Of a stretch of 64,000 nucleotides of DNA, positions 62,510 through 64,000 are shown one piece after another. Position 1 is the stretch's first letter; every line of letters begins with the position of its first letter. The notes beneath the pieces were generated by a model. That model did not search any database and was not told the DNA's origin. It saw only the letters and a program-made list of their open reading frames with translations. The translations under genes were made by a program, and so were the position numbers. The DNA comes from Octopus sinensis (Eukaryota), in assembly GCF_006345805.1 (NCBI RefSeq), contig NC_043013.1, positions 23,622,001 through 23,686,000 of the forward strand, read 5' to 3'.

Positions 62510-62747
62510 ACAGATAGTACACAGCATTGCTAGAAATAAGAGTCCAAACGACCCAAGAACCACATTAAATCACTTCTACACACTGGGGGATTCGAGGAAA
62601 CGAGTATATAAAATGCCAACTTTCGACTCTTATTTGTAGCAACGCTGTGCGCTCTCGCGTACCCTGACTATGAATTAATAATTTTACCTTTTTGGTGATT
62701 TTATGCTTGCTAACCACTTATATTGTTATTTTTCATTAATAATGATA

Positions 62748-62843
<96 letters not shown>

Positions 62844-63599
62844 CATATATATACAAATGGCAATTTATTTCTATAGCGATATTGACCAACAGCAGATGAA
62901 GTGGCTCCCCGTGTTCCTGTTTTATACATTGTTAATGACATGTTACTTGGAGCTTGTACTGTTAGCAAGTCCACACACGTGTGTACACACGAGCCTTCGA
63001 ATACGCGCGCTCGCTCGCTCGCCATACACGCACACACGAGTGCGCACGTGCAAACACACACACACACGCACACGCACGCATGTACACTCGTATATATTTG
63101 TGCACACACAAACTGGTACGTGCAAACACCAATCATGCATAAACACACGTTTGGGTATATGCATCCAAACGTATATACACAATCAAAGATGTATTTGTAT
63201 ATGTGTGCGTGTGCGCGCGGGTGTGTGTATGTATGTATGTGTGTGTATATGTATGTATTTATGCATGCACGTGTGTATGTTCTGTGTGATTATGCATAAA
63301 ACTTACATCTCATAAGAAGAATGATTGTGGCAAATGTAGAATGTGCGTTGCATGGAATTCAACAGAGTCTCAATACCATCGTGAAAAGCAAAGACTTGGA
63401 CAGGCAGTGCGTCTTCATGGCTGGTAAGTGGACAGTGGACGTAATACATCGCCTCAAAGGTATTTTTGCCTTTCATCCTTTCGGGGTCGATAAATTAAGT
63501 ACCAGTTACGCACTGGGGTCGATGTAATCGACTTAATACCTATGTCTCTCCTTGTTTGTCCCCTCTATGTTTAGCCTCTTGTGGGTAATAAAGAAATGG

Positions 63600-64000
63600 G
63601 TATTTTGGCGGGTGTTCGAGGATTTAATAAAACATTCGACTGAATGTTGCGCGGCAATCTTTTCGGCATTCTTTGATAGTTTAGAAGGCATAAGATTGTT
63701 TGATAAACTTAGAAGATATAAGATTGTTTGAAAATCTTTACATTAGAGTTCATCGTAGCATCTCTGAAATGGAGAGATACTCCACTTCATCGCACCTGTC
63801 AGAGTACAGTTGGGATATGTCCTCTCACCAGCGTTATTTAATCTCTGCAAGGAACACTTCATATGTGAATAGATCGGATCTCACGCTGAAGGAGTGCACT
63901 GTACAAAGGACAATGACGTTGATAACTCGGCAAAAGTTATTCCGACGACATGAAAACGATATTCCGGCGATTACAGCAAATGCTGGCTGAGGAAACAAAG
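63600..64000 (+). mobile_element. Decayed RTE-type RT remnant running off the window
   Basis: Frame reading GEILHFIAPVRVQLGYVLSPALFNLCKEHF resembles the GVRQGCVLSPxLFN motif. Confidence 0.55.

Overview
AT-rich, microsatellite-dense eukaryotic genomic DNA. It is most likely Octopus, inferred from the SINE/LINE repertoire and the long repeat-filled introns. Two convergent genes span the window. (1) On +, the last 7 coding exons of p120 RasGAP (RASA1/vap orthologue) run from 7747 to the stop at 19244; the earlier exons lie upstream of the window. (2) On -, a nearly complete NACHT + WD40 gene (NWD1/NWD2-like STAND ATPase with a DUF4062-like N-terminus) runs from about 54.1 kb to 28152. It has a 3.9-kb central exon, a chain of short 5' exons that suggests two alternative N-termini, and an apparent 1-nt frameshift in the penultimate exon. 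The introns and intergenic DNA hold RTE, CR1-like and R4/Dong LINE fragments, tRNA-derived SINEs, mariner and hAT remnants, a non-autonomous Helitron, several TIR/foldback elements and Penelope-like remnants. The most notable signal is a 346-bp tandem duplication at 1.1-1.8 kb. Each unit carries a complete minimal type I hammerhead ribozyme fold in the sense orientation of a RASA1 intron, overlapped by a 23-bp hairpin; two decayed hammerhead-like motifs occur elsewhere. No rRNA, tRNA gene or CRISPR array was seen. All calls are by manual reading; no searches or folding programs were run.
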